Below are positions 27,501-39,916 of a DNA stretch of 64,000 nt, in pieces; position 1 is the stretch's first letter; every line of letters begins with the position of its first letter. The notes beneath the pieces are model-generated. The model was not told the origin of the DNA. It ran no database searches and saw nothing but the letters and a program-made list of their open reading frames with translations. The DNA is taken from contig CM120644.1 of NCBI GenBank assembly GCA_051362555.1, positions 8,688,954-8,752,953 on the forward strand, written 5' to 3'. The position numbers were made by a program, and so were the translations under genes. This DNA comes from Lingula anatina. Lineage: Eukaryota > Animalia > Brachiopoda.

Positions 27501-30500
27501 TTACTTACACTGTTTAACCTCTTAACAAATGTATTCATTACGATCACAACTTTGTATCTGTACTTTTAATCATTTTCATTACGATATACACCCTCTCTTC
27601 AAATAAATTCGTCCTCGAATTCCCTTTTTTTTATTACGATATACATTCTCTCTATTTTATTGAATGCAGAAGCACAAGCATTGCATAACTAAAAAAACTA
27701 TTCAAAAAGTTTAAAATACTGTCATTAGACTTAATAATATGGTATAATATAGATATATATAGTTCTATAGTTGACATGAAACAATGAATATATTAGAAAG
27801 GATAAATAATAATGATCAAATTTTGCGATACGCGTGGATGCGTAATGTATTTTCCTTTATTGTCTTTAATGTGCGGCCCAAGAATACACATGCTGAACTT
27901 TATTAATAATTTTGTGTAACTTTAACATGTAATTCTCTTATTATGGCTCTGACACATTTTATCATATCTTCTTAAATACACTACGTTGGATTATAGGGTC
28001 ATGACTCCTTTTCGAATATACAGCCATCATCACCAACATTGTGACCAGCACATTGTCCGTGGTGAAAATCTGCATTTCGTTTGTTATTATCATCCATACT
28101 GTAGTGTTTTCCTTTATGGTTGTGAATAACCCCTATTTATAATACATTTACGTACATCCACAATTTGTTGATATTCAAAAACAATAATTCCTTTCAAATT
28201 TTATATTTGTTGTTCCATGTCATCTTGCTTTCTAAAATAGAAATTAGTTCCACTACATTAATTTGCATGCAATTTAGTCTACTGCTAATAATATATCGTT
28301 ATAAAGTGTATAAAGTCTAAGGTAACAACAATATATTTACATGTATATTATTTAATAGTAATTCTTAACATATTACGCAATATGTCAATAACATTTAAAT
28401 CATTAACCATTTGTCAAGGATATAATGTTTTATAATTCTAATAATTAAATTAAAGTTCATTCAATGAAAATAATGTTTATTCTGCATCATTTACAACAAA
28501 ATAAACGTATAGTCCGTGTTTGTGACTATTCTTGTGAATAAATGTCCACAGTTTCCTGTATATTCACTAATATTCAGTTGGAAATCTCCACTAATATTTC
28601 CATTATAAATCATTCATAAATGTCAATTAAATATGAAATTATGTCATATTCATTCACTGAATAATTCATTGTGACAATATTAATAATATAATATACGTAT
28701 ATGTATGTACATTAAAAGTCAATGTTCATTTGTTCCAACATTTTGTCTCTGGAACAGAGTTCATTACATTTCATGTAAAATCAGTTCATTTCATTTCAAT
28801 GTCATATGTCCGTCTGAATTTATCAATTATTGGTATATTCCATACACATAAACACATTTAACATAAATAATATTTCTAAATACAAACTGTTGTACACACA
28901 TCATGAATGCAATTGCTATGCTCCGTAATTTTACTATGCCGTTCTTTTAAAATTTGATGGTTTGAAAATATCAAGTTATACTTAAGATTCTAAGTTCGAT
29001 CCGGTGCACGTTGGTGGACAATATCGAATGTAGGATAACATTCCAGCATGTTTAATGGCTAAAAATTTGTAAAATTCGCGATCAATAATTTTGTTTAATT
29101 GTATTGCTTTTATAAACGAAATCGGAACACGTGCTGGTAGTTGTATTGTCTGACCAGTTACGTAGTTTGTTATCACCAAATCGTGCCAATCAATCAATAA
29201 ATTTGATCTAATTTTACCTTCAATTTGTAAAATATCAGAGATCTGCGTCATATGAAAATGCCAGGAATGAGGACTTCCATTCAGTTGAATAATAGGAATA
29301 GTAATGCATCGTTAGTCATTGGCAATTTCTAAAATAAGAAGTGCCTTGTGGAAGATGCATAATTTCTTAAAAATTTTATCTTGTATCCAAACTATAGCCA
29401 AAATTACACAAACACATGCAATTAGAAATGTTATGAAGTAATATGGATCATCACAAGTTGTTTGTACTTCATAATTAATTTTTGTAGTTGTACCCAATAT
29501 CCACGTTGGTACAGTTGGCATCGCTTCACCTGTATTAACATTTTTAAGGGTCATCACTGTTAGCGTTAAAATGCGAATCTTGATACATAAGTAGATCACA
29601 ACGAGCATAATCGCACTCGAAACTGCTAAGGAAATCCAAACTAAAGATTGTTTTGAATTTGATGGAAGCAAAATCTCATTTGCTGCAATAGCATCTGCCA
29701 TTGAAGAATACATTCTTTCATTGTGTTTTGCTGCTTGAGCTAGTTTTCTTAAATTCAAATGATCTTTCATATCCTGCGCTAAAAATTTCGAAAAATCTTG
29801 TTGGTACATGTGTAATCTGGAAGAATTAGTATCAAGGGGTTGAGAAAAGAAATCATTACTTCCTATTTGTGATATTTCTTTGTTGGAATAAAAATATTGC
29901 AGTAAACCAAGATTAACAGGGTGTAATTTTGTAATTGATGTATCATTCTTGCAATCATAAACACGCGGAGGCAAATAAAAACTATCTAAGGTTAAACTGC
30001 AAAAACATGAGTAATGTATCACACAATATTGACAGCCTGGTTGGGAAGTAGTACTTGTAGGGCACTCCACTGTTATATCAGTGATATTATATAACAACAA
30101 TTTTCCTATTGATAATTCGCGCACGTTGGGTTGAACGACATTATGCAGAAAACGGAAATTACAAGTTTCAGTAATAACGTTTGACAAGTCAAAAAATAAT
30201 GCTGTAACACAGGAGAAATGCGTCGCAGTCCTGAAAGGATACACGAAAGGACATAATTTGACATGATCTCCATGACATTTCTTCCAGGTAGGATTATTCA
30301 TGGGAAAATAATGTTGTTTATCGTGCGAAATAGCAAAATATTTTGGTAGATCCAGTATTTGTGAAGCGTGGTTTGTAGATTGATTTAAAGGAACGGGGAA
30401 TGTTTTTACTTCATAAACATCTAATGTATGGGGATAAGCAGAAATAGGAATTTGTAGGTTAATGAATAATGAATTTTTGTGTTTTCCATATGTAAACTGT

Positions 30501-33500
30501 CCTTCCTTGAAATAATATTTAGGATTTGAATAAATAACATGTAGCGGATTGATCGTTTTCTGTGCTTCCTTTTCAATTTGATTAATGATCTGTTTTAAAT
30601 GCTCTTGGGAAACCAACAATGGCGATAATTGCCCTTTTGTCAACTGTAAACATCCTAACAATACGTTGTTAAACGCAAACATTAATTGAGAATTTGCCAT
30701 ATTTTCATGCATAAATATTCTTGATAAATGGAATACAATACTCCTTGCCGTATCACTTTGCTGTAATTGTGAACGTAATTGTTTTGATAAATTATAATTA
30801 CGAACAACGGCCTTTTTCATGTTTTCCATTCTGTGGTCTACGTTGTGCATAAACGAGGATAATTCGTGTCCTTGTACTTCAAATCTTTTTTCGTTTGTTT
30901 TTATAAACAGCTTAACATATTTACGTAGTTCATCTACATCTGATTCACTTGATACTCCAAACAAATTTTTAAAGAAATTTCCCAATGGTAACAATGATCT
31001 TTGAGAACGGGACTGATCTTTCATTTCAATATCAGGTAACATATCATATATTGCATTTAAAGTGATGTTTAAATCGTGTACCGTCTGACTTTTCATTGAC
31101 ATCAAGGTTTTTAGGCCCTTGTGAATGTAATAATAACAATACATATACTCTTGATTAGGACAAGGTGACTTAATATTCTCTACTTCATGCAATCTAGGTA
31201 AATCTAACTTGAATGTATGTTTCCAATATCCAACTCCGGTAATCATTCTAGTAATTGGTTTAAATTCTACACCATAATTAATACGCTGTTCTGCTACACT
31301 CACTGTAACTGTCAACATACAAATGGTGATGAGAATCTTCATAACCAGTCCATTAAAGTTCAGGATTTTAGGGAATATGCAGAAATTGGTCAACCGTGGC
31401 TCATCTAGAGAAAGATAAGAAATATTTGATAGTAAGAGAAAGTAGGTGAAAGTTTGCGCATAGCCTTAGTTAATCATATCTAAATTATCCCTAAAATTTT
31501 CTTCTCAATTAACTTTAATGAGATTTAAATAAAATTTCGTCTATTAATCATACATTCTTTTCTATATTTACTAACTATTCTTTACTTTTCTTCTTTCTTT
31601 TTCGTTGACCTTGTAATGTTCTGTTTATGTGAAAATCTCGTTTTAACGCATCTGATATATTTTCTTCTGGTTCCCATGTAGGCGTTTTGTAATTTTTCCA
31701 TTTCACTTTGTAATGTCTTTTCTTGTTGATGTTTTTACAACATAATAACCTTTCAACTTCATACCATTCGTCTTCATTCACATCATTTGTTTGGGCTTGC
31801 TCTTTATCATTCGATGCGTTTTGTGATTCACTGTCCTTTGCTAACACTTCTTGGGTTATCTTATTTTCTTCGCTTTTGCTCTCACTAACTTTTCTATAGC
31901 GTGTATAATCTCTAGGGTCATAGTACTGTTTTAATCTATTTGCATGAACAGGAGATGATAATTCTTTATGAGTTGTGCAGTCTCTCAGAATATATGTATA
32001 ACCTGTCGATAACACTTTTGTTATGTAATAAGGACCTTTATATTTCACATGCAATTTTGAACTCAATCCTTTTGGTGTCAAAGGTGTGTATACCCACACT
32101 CTATCTCCTATTCTAAATGTTGGTACCTTCGTTTTTTTATCATAATTCTTTTTATAAACTTTCTGTGCTGTTTCTTTGTTTTTCGTGGCAATTTCCCTAG
32201 CTATCTCTAAATTTTCTTGTAGTTCTTTAATATATTGATGCATATTCTGTACAGGTTTATCTTCAGATAAGATATCTGTATCTAAAGGTGTACGCATTTC
32301 TTTTCCAAAAACTAAATAATATGGTGAATATTTAGTAGATTGTGTACACGGTGTCATTCTCAATGCCATCATTACTCCAGGTAATATATCAGGCCAATTC
32401 ATTTGGTCTTTCTCACAGTATGCTCTCAACGTTTGCGCAATAATAGAATTTGTTCTCTCACATACGGCATTTGTTTGAGGATGCCATGCACTCGTATGAT
32501 ACCGTTTTATGTGAAATAATTTGCATAAAGATTGAATTATCAAGGATAGGAAATTCTTTCCGCGATCTGAAATCAAATATTTCGGACAACCATAACGTGT
32601 AAATACATCACGGTAAAGTGCCATTGCAATTTCTTTTGCTTCCTGTGTTTTTAAAGGAATTGCTTCAGAAAAGTTTGAAAAAGCGCACGAAACTAACAAG
32701 ATATATTTGTAACCTTCTTCAGACTTTGTCAACGGACCAAGGATATCCATATGAAGTCTTTCAAACACATTTGTTATTGGCAATGGATTCAATGGTGCTG
32801 GTGCATCTTTCCGCAATTTCTTTACGTACTGTTCAGATTCTGCAATTATCTTTCGCATTTGTTTTAAGTCATTTGGTAATTCACTATGTTCTAAATAATT
32901 TATTATATCACTAAAGTCAGGACATTCTTGCTGTTGTTGTTTCAATCTATCTTTTTCATTTTCAATTTTTACGTCAATAGCAAATATCTGACTATTTCCA
33001 TTCTCATTTTGTCTATTTACATTTTCTGTTTCTGTTGCTACATATAACCTAGCTTGCACCAAACCACTGTTTTGACACTTCTGTCTGCTTATATCATCCA
33101 CGACATGTACACAATCTTTGTTTTGTAAACAATTGTCTTCATCATATTCGCGTCTTGAAAGAGCATCAGCTGGGTTTGTTTTTCCATCTCTGTGTTCAAT
33201 TTCAAAATCGAGGCCCTGTAATTTCAATGCCCATCTTATCAATCTACCTGTAGAATGTTTCAACGTTTGTAACCACGGAATGGCTTTGTTATCTGTGAAA
33301 ACTTTGAAATGATTATTAGCCAAATACGATTCAAACTGCTTTATTCCTTCTACTACTGCTAAACATTCTAATTCATGTATTGAGTAATTCTTCTCTGCGT
33401 TGTTTAAAGATCTGCCACCGTAGGCAATAACTCTTTCTCGGTTATTTTCATCCTTTTGACCTAAAATAAAACCTATCGCTTTAATAGATGCATCTGTGGT

Positions 33501-36500
33501 TAATATGAATTCTTTTGTCATATCCGGATATACTAAGATGGGTGGTGACACAAGTAAGTCTTTCAATTGTTGAAATGCTGACTGACATTCTTGATTCCAT
33601 TCAAATTGAACATTTGTTCTCAATAATTTGTTCAAAGGTTCAGTTATTTTACTGAAGTCTTTAATAAATCTCCTATAAAAATTACACAATCCTAGATAAC
33701 TTCTCACATCTTTTGTACTTTTTGGAACAGGAAAAGATTTCACTGCCTCTAACTTTTTATTGTCTGGTTTGATACCATCTTTTCTAATCACATGCCCTAA
33801 GTATTCAACTTCTTGCCTTGCAAATTTACATTTACTTGGTTTCAGTTTTAGGTTGGCCTCACGTAACTTTTTGAACACTAAATCCAAATGATTCAAATGA
33901 TCTTCAAACGTTTTGCTCATTACCAATATATCATCGATATATATCAGAACATTTTTCCAATTCATATCTTTGAACAGGTCATTCATAAGAGCTTGTAGAC
34001 TAACACCTGCATTCCTGAGTCCAAATGGTAATTTAAGAAATTGAAAATGTCCATGGTGTGTAATAAATGCAGTTTGTGTTTTGTTTTGGGATCTAACTTT
34101 AATTGCCAATATGCTCCTGCCATATCTAACGAACTGAAATATTCAGGTTTTGCACTTCCAATTGCATCAAAAACGTCCTCTAAACGAGGTAATGGCCAAT
34201 GCATAGGCACTGTAACTTTGTTCAGCTTTCTATAATCGATTGCAAATCTGTATTCGTTCGTTTTCTTTTTCACTAAAACTACAGGAGAACTATATGCACT
34301 CATACTTTCTTCTATAATCCCATGTTTCAACATTTCGTCAACTTGTCTTACAATCTCTTCTTTTAATTTTGGAGATGTTCGGTAAAACGTTTGTTTAATG
34401 GGAATATCATTTTCTGTCTGGATATAATGTTCATATCTGCTGGCCGTGCCTAACTCTGACATGTCTTTGGCAAAAACGTCACGATTTCGACCAATCAATA
34501 TTCTGAGTTGTTCTTTTTGATTTTCATTCAAATTAGAATTTATGATATCTATTCTCAGTTCTTCTGTATTTTTAAATGCTCTCTCTTTAGATATATTCTG
34601 ATCTTTGTTTTCATTTTGTGTCCCAATTTCTTCCAACACACTTACACTATGTGCCTCTACAGAGCACGCTTTAGCTAGGACTGTTTTACTTGGCAATATT
34701 ATATTTTCATCTGTTGGGTTCAAGATTTGATAACATGATCGATTTTTATCCACTGTTACCAAACATTTAGATCCTAAGATGTTTCTTTTACATGCTAACT
34801 GATCGACTGGCTCTAACAATGCTGTATGTACACACGAAGCATGCGAGATTTTCACGGGAATTAAACATTCTGATTTTGCTGGAATGGTCTCTATTCTAAT
34901 GGATCTAACAAATCCAATATTTGGAGGATTGTACAAAGGTAATTCTAAGTTGTACTCAGGTAGAGTAAAACCGTCAAAACCGACATCTATTTTGACATTG
35001 TGTTTTTTTTAGAAAATCCATGCCTATGATCAATTTTCGAGGTAATATACGTAAAATACAAAATTCGTGATTGATGACTACATCGCCGAAACAAAGGGGT
35101 AATTCTATCAAACCAAGAACCTTTTGAACAGAACCATTTATTCCTGAAACTTCTTTTATATTTGATGATTTGTAAAATTTTGAATCCTTTTTGTTAATTG
35201 AACTCAAAAATTGTTCTGACACACATGAAATCACAGCGCCAGTGTCTACCAATGCATCAACGTGCATTTTCGAAATTTTGATTGATAATAGATTGTGCAT
35301 TTGATGATTTTCAACATTTGAAAATTTGACGCATTCGTTTTCTTTTTTGTTCTTCTTATAATCTAGTCATTTATTGGCACGTGCGTAATAACAAATTTTA
35401 GAAATATGCCCAACACGGTTGCACACGAAGCATTTCAAATTTCTAGCATAGCAATTTCTTCGAAGATGCGTGTACTTACCGCAACTCAAGCACATTGGGA
35501 ATCCCTCTTCTTCTGAACGTTGACCTGATCGTGGGCCAGATTGTTTGTTTTCACGGTGCATGCTGTCTTGAAAATCGCCTCTCCTCCGGTTTCCGATGTA
35601 ACGGTTGCGCGCACGATAAAATGCACCCGTCTGCTGTCCTCTCGGTCGCATAAGAGTCTGCGTCTCTCTTTGGGACGTCCCCATGATGTGCACCTCTGCA
35701 CGGCGAGTGGCGTTGATTACCTGGCTCATCTGTGCGCCGAGAGCATCTATTTTGGCTGTCACCTCCATGAGGTCCACGTTCTGCTTTATGCTGGAGGGCT
35801 GTACCGCATTCTCAGCTAGCCTTGCCTGTGACATCAGTTGGTCTAGGTCACGTGGCTCCTGTTGTACAACAAAGGGACGGATCTGTGGCAATAGACCGTT
35901 CACAATTGCTGTCAACGTGATTTTTTCATCGAGTTGTGCCAGTTTGGCGTCATGTCTCATGGATGCGATGTAATTTTGAACGGGTTCCCCCGGCAGTTGC
36001 TGCCTCTTAAACAGTTTTGATGTTATAGACCAAGTTTCCGTGTTTCTTGGCCTATATCTGTTAAGAAATTCTTCTTTGAGGTTTCTCCATTCCTGTTTCA
36101 CTTCCTCGGCCAAAGTTTCGTACCAGTCTAATGCAGCATCAGTGAGTAATAGAGGAAAAATTGAAATAATTTGATCGTGATCAAGAGCTTTAAAGTTAAT
36201 ATAGTTCTTGAAATGATCTAACCATCTATCGGCGTCCTCTTGACCGTTTCCTTTAAATTTTTCAGGTGCTAGGCTCCAATCTGAACTCATGTTTTCCAGT
36301 GTTTTTATTTTCCTTCCCAAAGTTTTTCTAAATATTTCTGGGCTTTTAAGATATGTTGAGACGGGATCGCCGGGCAACTGGCTATTGTTGTTCTTTTTCG
36401 TCGTCGCTGCTGATATAAATTGGGGACTCGGGGCGGTTGATGAACTGTTTAATGGTGCTGCTATTGATTGTTGATGGGTCTTTTGTGGTGGGCAAATTGT

Positions 36501-39500
36501 CTCTGGGAGTTGAATTTTTGAGGTCGTCGTCGTCTGTTTCTTCGTCACTGATGAAGATAGGTGACTCGGGGCGATTGGAGATGGGTCGGTTTGGCCAGGT
36601 AACTCTGAAATTTGTGTCGTTATTGTCGTCGGTTTCGGTATCGCTATTGCTGTCGGATTCACTACTGAGGTCAATGATAATGAAAACTTTGCGCCTGTCT
36701 CTATTTTTGATTCGTATAGTTCGAGATTCGTTGGAACACATTGATCAACAATTGAAAATGCGCTGTTTCCTACTGTTTCTGATTGTGTATTTACGTTAAT
36801 TTGATGAGTAGTCTGTATTTCTTCGTCGTCAGACGAGTCGCTTGATAAAAGTAAGTTGCGACGTGAAAGTTTGCTTCTCACACACTTTTCTTTGGTTATA
36901 GATGGAGCAGGTGAAAAGTTTGGTGTCCTTGTATAAAATTTGATTGTTTGTTTTGGAAGTCTCTCTGATGTCTTACCTTCCAGACCCTCGATTTTCTTCT
37001 TTTCTACTGCTTGCCTAGTGTTAGCTGCTGGTGGACTCCAATCTGCTGGATTTTCTCCTTGCATCTAGAGCGTGTAGGTAGCTGGATCGATTTCTTCCAC
37101 CAGTTATAGTACCGATATTTCGCCAGTACTATAAATGAAGAACATACATCTTTTGGGGGCCTAAAAGATTTATTCGTATATTCTTATTTTCCAGTTACAA
37201 TGCATTCTCTTTTATCCTATAGATCATCATTCCAATGTCATGATGTATCACAAAGTCTTTCTCCTACATTACCTTATTTGGTAATGTAATAATTCCTCAG
37301 CTCTTACACAATGTCTATGATTATCCCTTTTTCCAAAACTTTCCATCATTACGTCATTACCAAAATATAATCATTCTCTTATTAGGCAATGGTATGTTAC
37401 TTGACCTTAGGTCGCCATATCTATTAATACAGATTTTTCATTGTATCATCCTGAAGGAATGATAACTATACTCCCTTATTCTTTTTTTATTATTGAACAA
37501 TACATGCACTCTTTAACTTTCTTACTTACACTGTTTAACCTCTTAACAAATGTATTCATTACGATCACAACTTTTTATCTGTACTTTTAATCATTTTCAT
37601 TACGATAGTATTATATTACATGTTGCATATACGGTAAATAAGATTATAGATCTTAACATTTTGAGCTAGTTTATTGATTAATTGATTAGTTTATTGATAT
37701 TTTGGTTCATCAATTAGTCTACTGATGAAGGATGAGTGAACACTGATACATTTGAAATATTAGAATATTGAACTGTACCGGAACATATATAAGCTTTAAG
37801 TCTATGGTCACATTTGAAACTGTCAAAACTTTTGCTATGAAAATAATCAATTTCATTTAAAGGCCAGGAAGATGTCGATGAAATAACGTTTGTTTGCGAT
37901 TTAATACAAACGTAGAGAATGTAAAATGATTTCATATATGAACACACCGAACTTGTTATTGTTTAATACATGGAATTTAAAGACATCATTTCGTTAAGTC
38001 CGGGAAGCAATCCAGACCACCACAGAGGCGCTGACAACTACAGCAGAGGAAACAACCACTGAAGATGTCACCACTGTTGAAGCTGTTACCACGGTTGAAG
38101 TTGTTACCACGACTGAGGCCATGACCACCACTATGGCTACTACCACTACTACTCAGAGTGAGAACTGCCCTCATTTATTTATTTATTTTTATATATTTTT
38201 TCCATATATTTATTTTTACTATAATTATTTTAATTTATTCTATTAGTAGTATTTTTCATGAGAAATACGAAGACAATAACCAATGAATTTTTTCCGCTGT
38301 GAGGCAACACGTTTTTTTGCTTCCATTGTTGAAAGTAATGTTCGACTTAAATGTGAAAATTGTTTCCGTTATTCTTCTTGCCCTCTTATAGGAACTTCTA
38401 TTATTTTCTCATTAAATCTATAATGGTGTCTTATCCAATCTATTGCATTTGCTCTTGTCCGTCACACATCGTTTTGACTGTTCCGTAGACGGTCACAGGC
38501 TTAAAATTACGCATCTACCATAAAGTACACCATGGGCCTACTAAGTATGAATTCTATCAACATTTCCGTAGGTCATATTTCAAATACTTTGCCTATTAAC
38601 TACCCCAATAGAAACCATACATTACCGAATGTGACGTTAAAATTGACTGTACATGCCTTATTATTCTAGGCCCAGAGGAAAGCCTGAACCTTTTGGCCGG
38701 TCTAGATCCACTAAATATGGCGCCAGATGCCTTTGCGGGTGCCATTTTGTCAGTAGCGGCAGGGTTTGCGGTAGGTGTTCACGTGCACCTGTACATGTGC
38801 CCATATGAACCATCTGGTAATAAAAGTGTGACTTTTTGCACCGTAAGTGTAAACAATCTTGCCCTTGTGTTATGGAGATACATGTATAAGGCATTGCCTT
38901 TGATTTTTGCTTTTTAATTTTGTTTGCAAAATAGTTGACAACATACCTTATCATTGTGTATATCTTCAATTTGCAACACAACTGATAAGACGGTCTCTTA
39001 TGTACGGTCTCATATTTCAGAGCGACCCAAATTCTAACGCAACAAAAAACGAAAGCGTCGTCAACGAACTTGCCAGGGTATGTACACAGTTATCCCATGA
39101 TCATTGTTCCTTCACACCATTTTTTACTCTAAAACCATTAATATAGAACTAACGTTACATGTTCAGGTACAATGATCAGACTCATTAATGCCCTGTTCGG
39201 TAATGCTATATTTAAGCACAAAAATATCTGATATTAATGAAAAAAGATGTTATGCTTATGTTTTGTGTTTTAGCAAATGACGGCCACCCTACTTCTGTTT
39301 TCTACTGGAAATGCTTCACTAAGTCCCAGTGTTGCTTCGGCCGTCACGGGAGGACTTGCAGTAATTCCTGTAGCGGATGAGAATGCTGCTGTAAGTGAAT
39401 TGTGATGGACAAATTGACAAATTGTTTCTGAATATGAAACATATCTATACACTTACAGTAAACGTACAATCACTGCGGCCATTTGGTAGTAGGGATTTAT

Positions 39501-39882
39501 TTCACCACATGCATTGCAAATGGTGCGCTATGTTAGTTTGTGGTCGTCAAGGCCGATGGTCAACTTCAGACCATATTGCCGACTGGCCGATTGGTGGCCT
39601 TAATCACGGTTAATTTGAATTGCGATGTCCACTGCTCGCATTTTTATATAATGCACATAACTTGGCGTTAGAATATTGATGTCACTGACCTAATGCTCAT
39701 TGTGAGAGCATTGTAAACATGCAGTGTCGATTACCAGAATATGGATGTAAGATACATATATTCGTTTTTACAGTCTGATATGCTCATAGCTGGGACAAAC
39801 TTTGTTGCGAAGCTTACGGGAACTGTCGGCGAAATGACAAGTTCTGCAGAAAGTAAGTAAGGTTTTATAACGTTACCACAAC

Positions 39883-39916
<34 letters not shown>

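Larger units (their letters stand above)
27084..37607 (-). mobile_element. Full-length env-containing Ty3/Gypsy LTR retrotransposon (errantivirus-like), antisense in intron 19 of the host gene
   Basis: Two 503-bp LTRs, 4-bp TSD GTAT, PBS, PPT, and gene order gag-PR-RT-RH-IN-chromodomain-env. Confidence 0.97.

Noticed and set aside
27600-28980. Possible extra ORF in the 1.4-kb 3' region of the retroelement
   Set aside because: Only short frames under 60 aa in AT-rich sequence
35486-36799. Overlapping and antisense ORFs within gag
   Set aside because: Explained as alternative frames of a GC-richer coding region; no independent motifs
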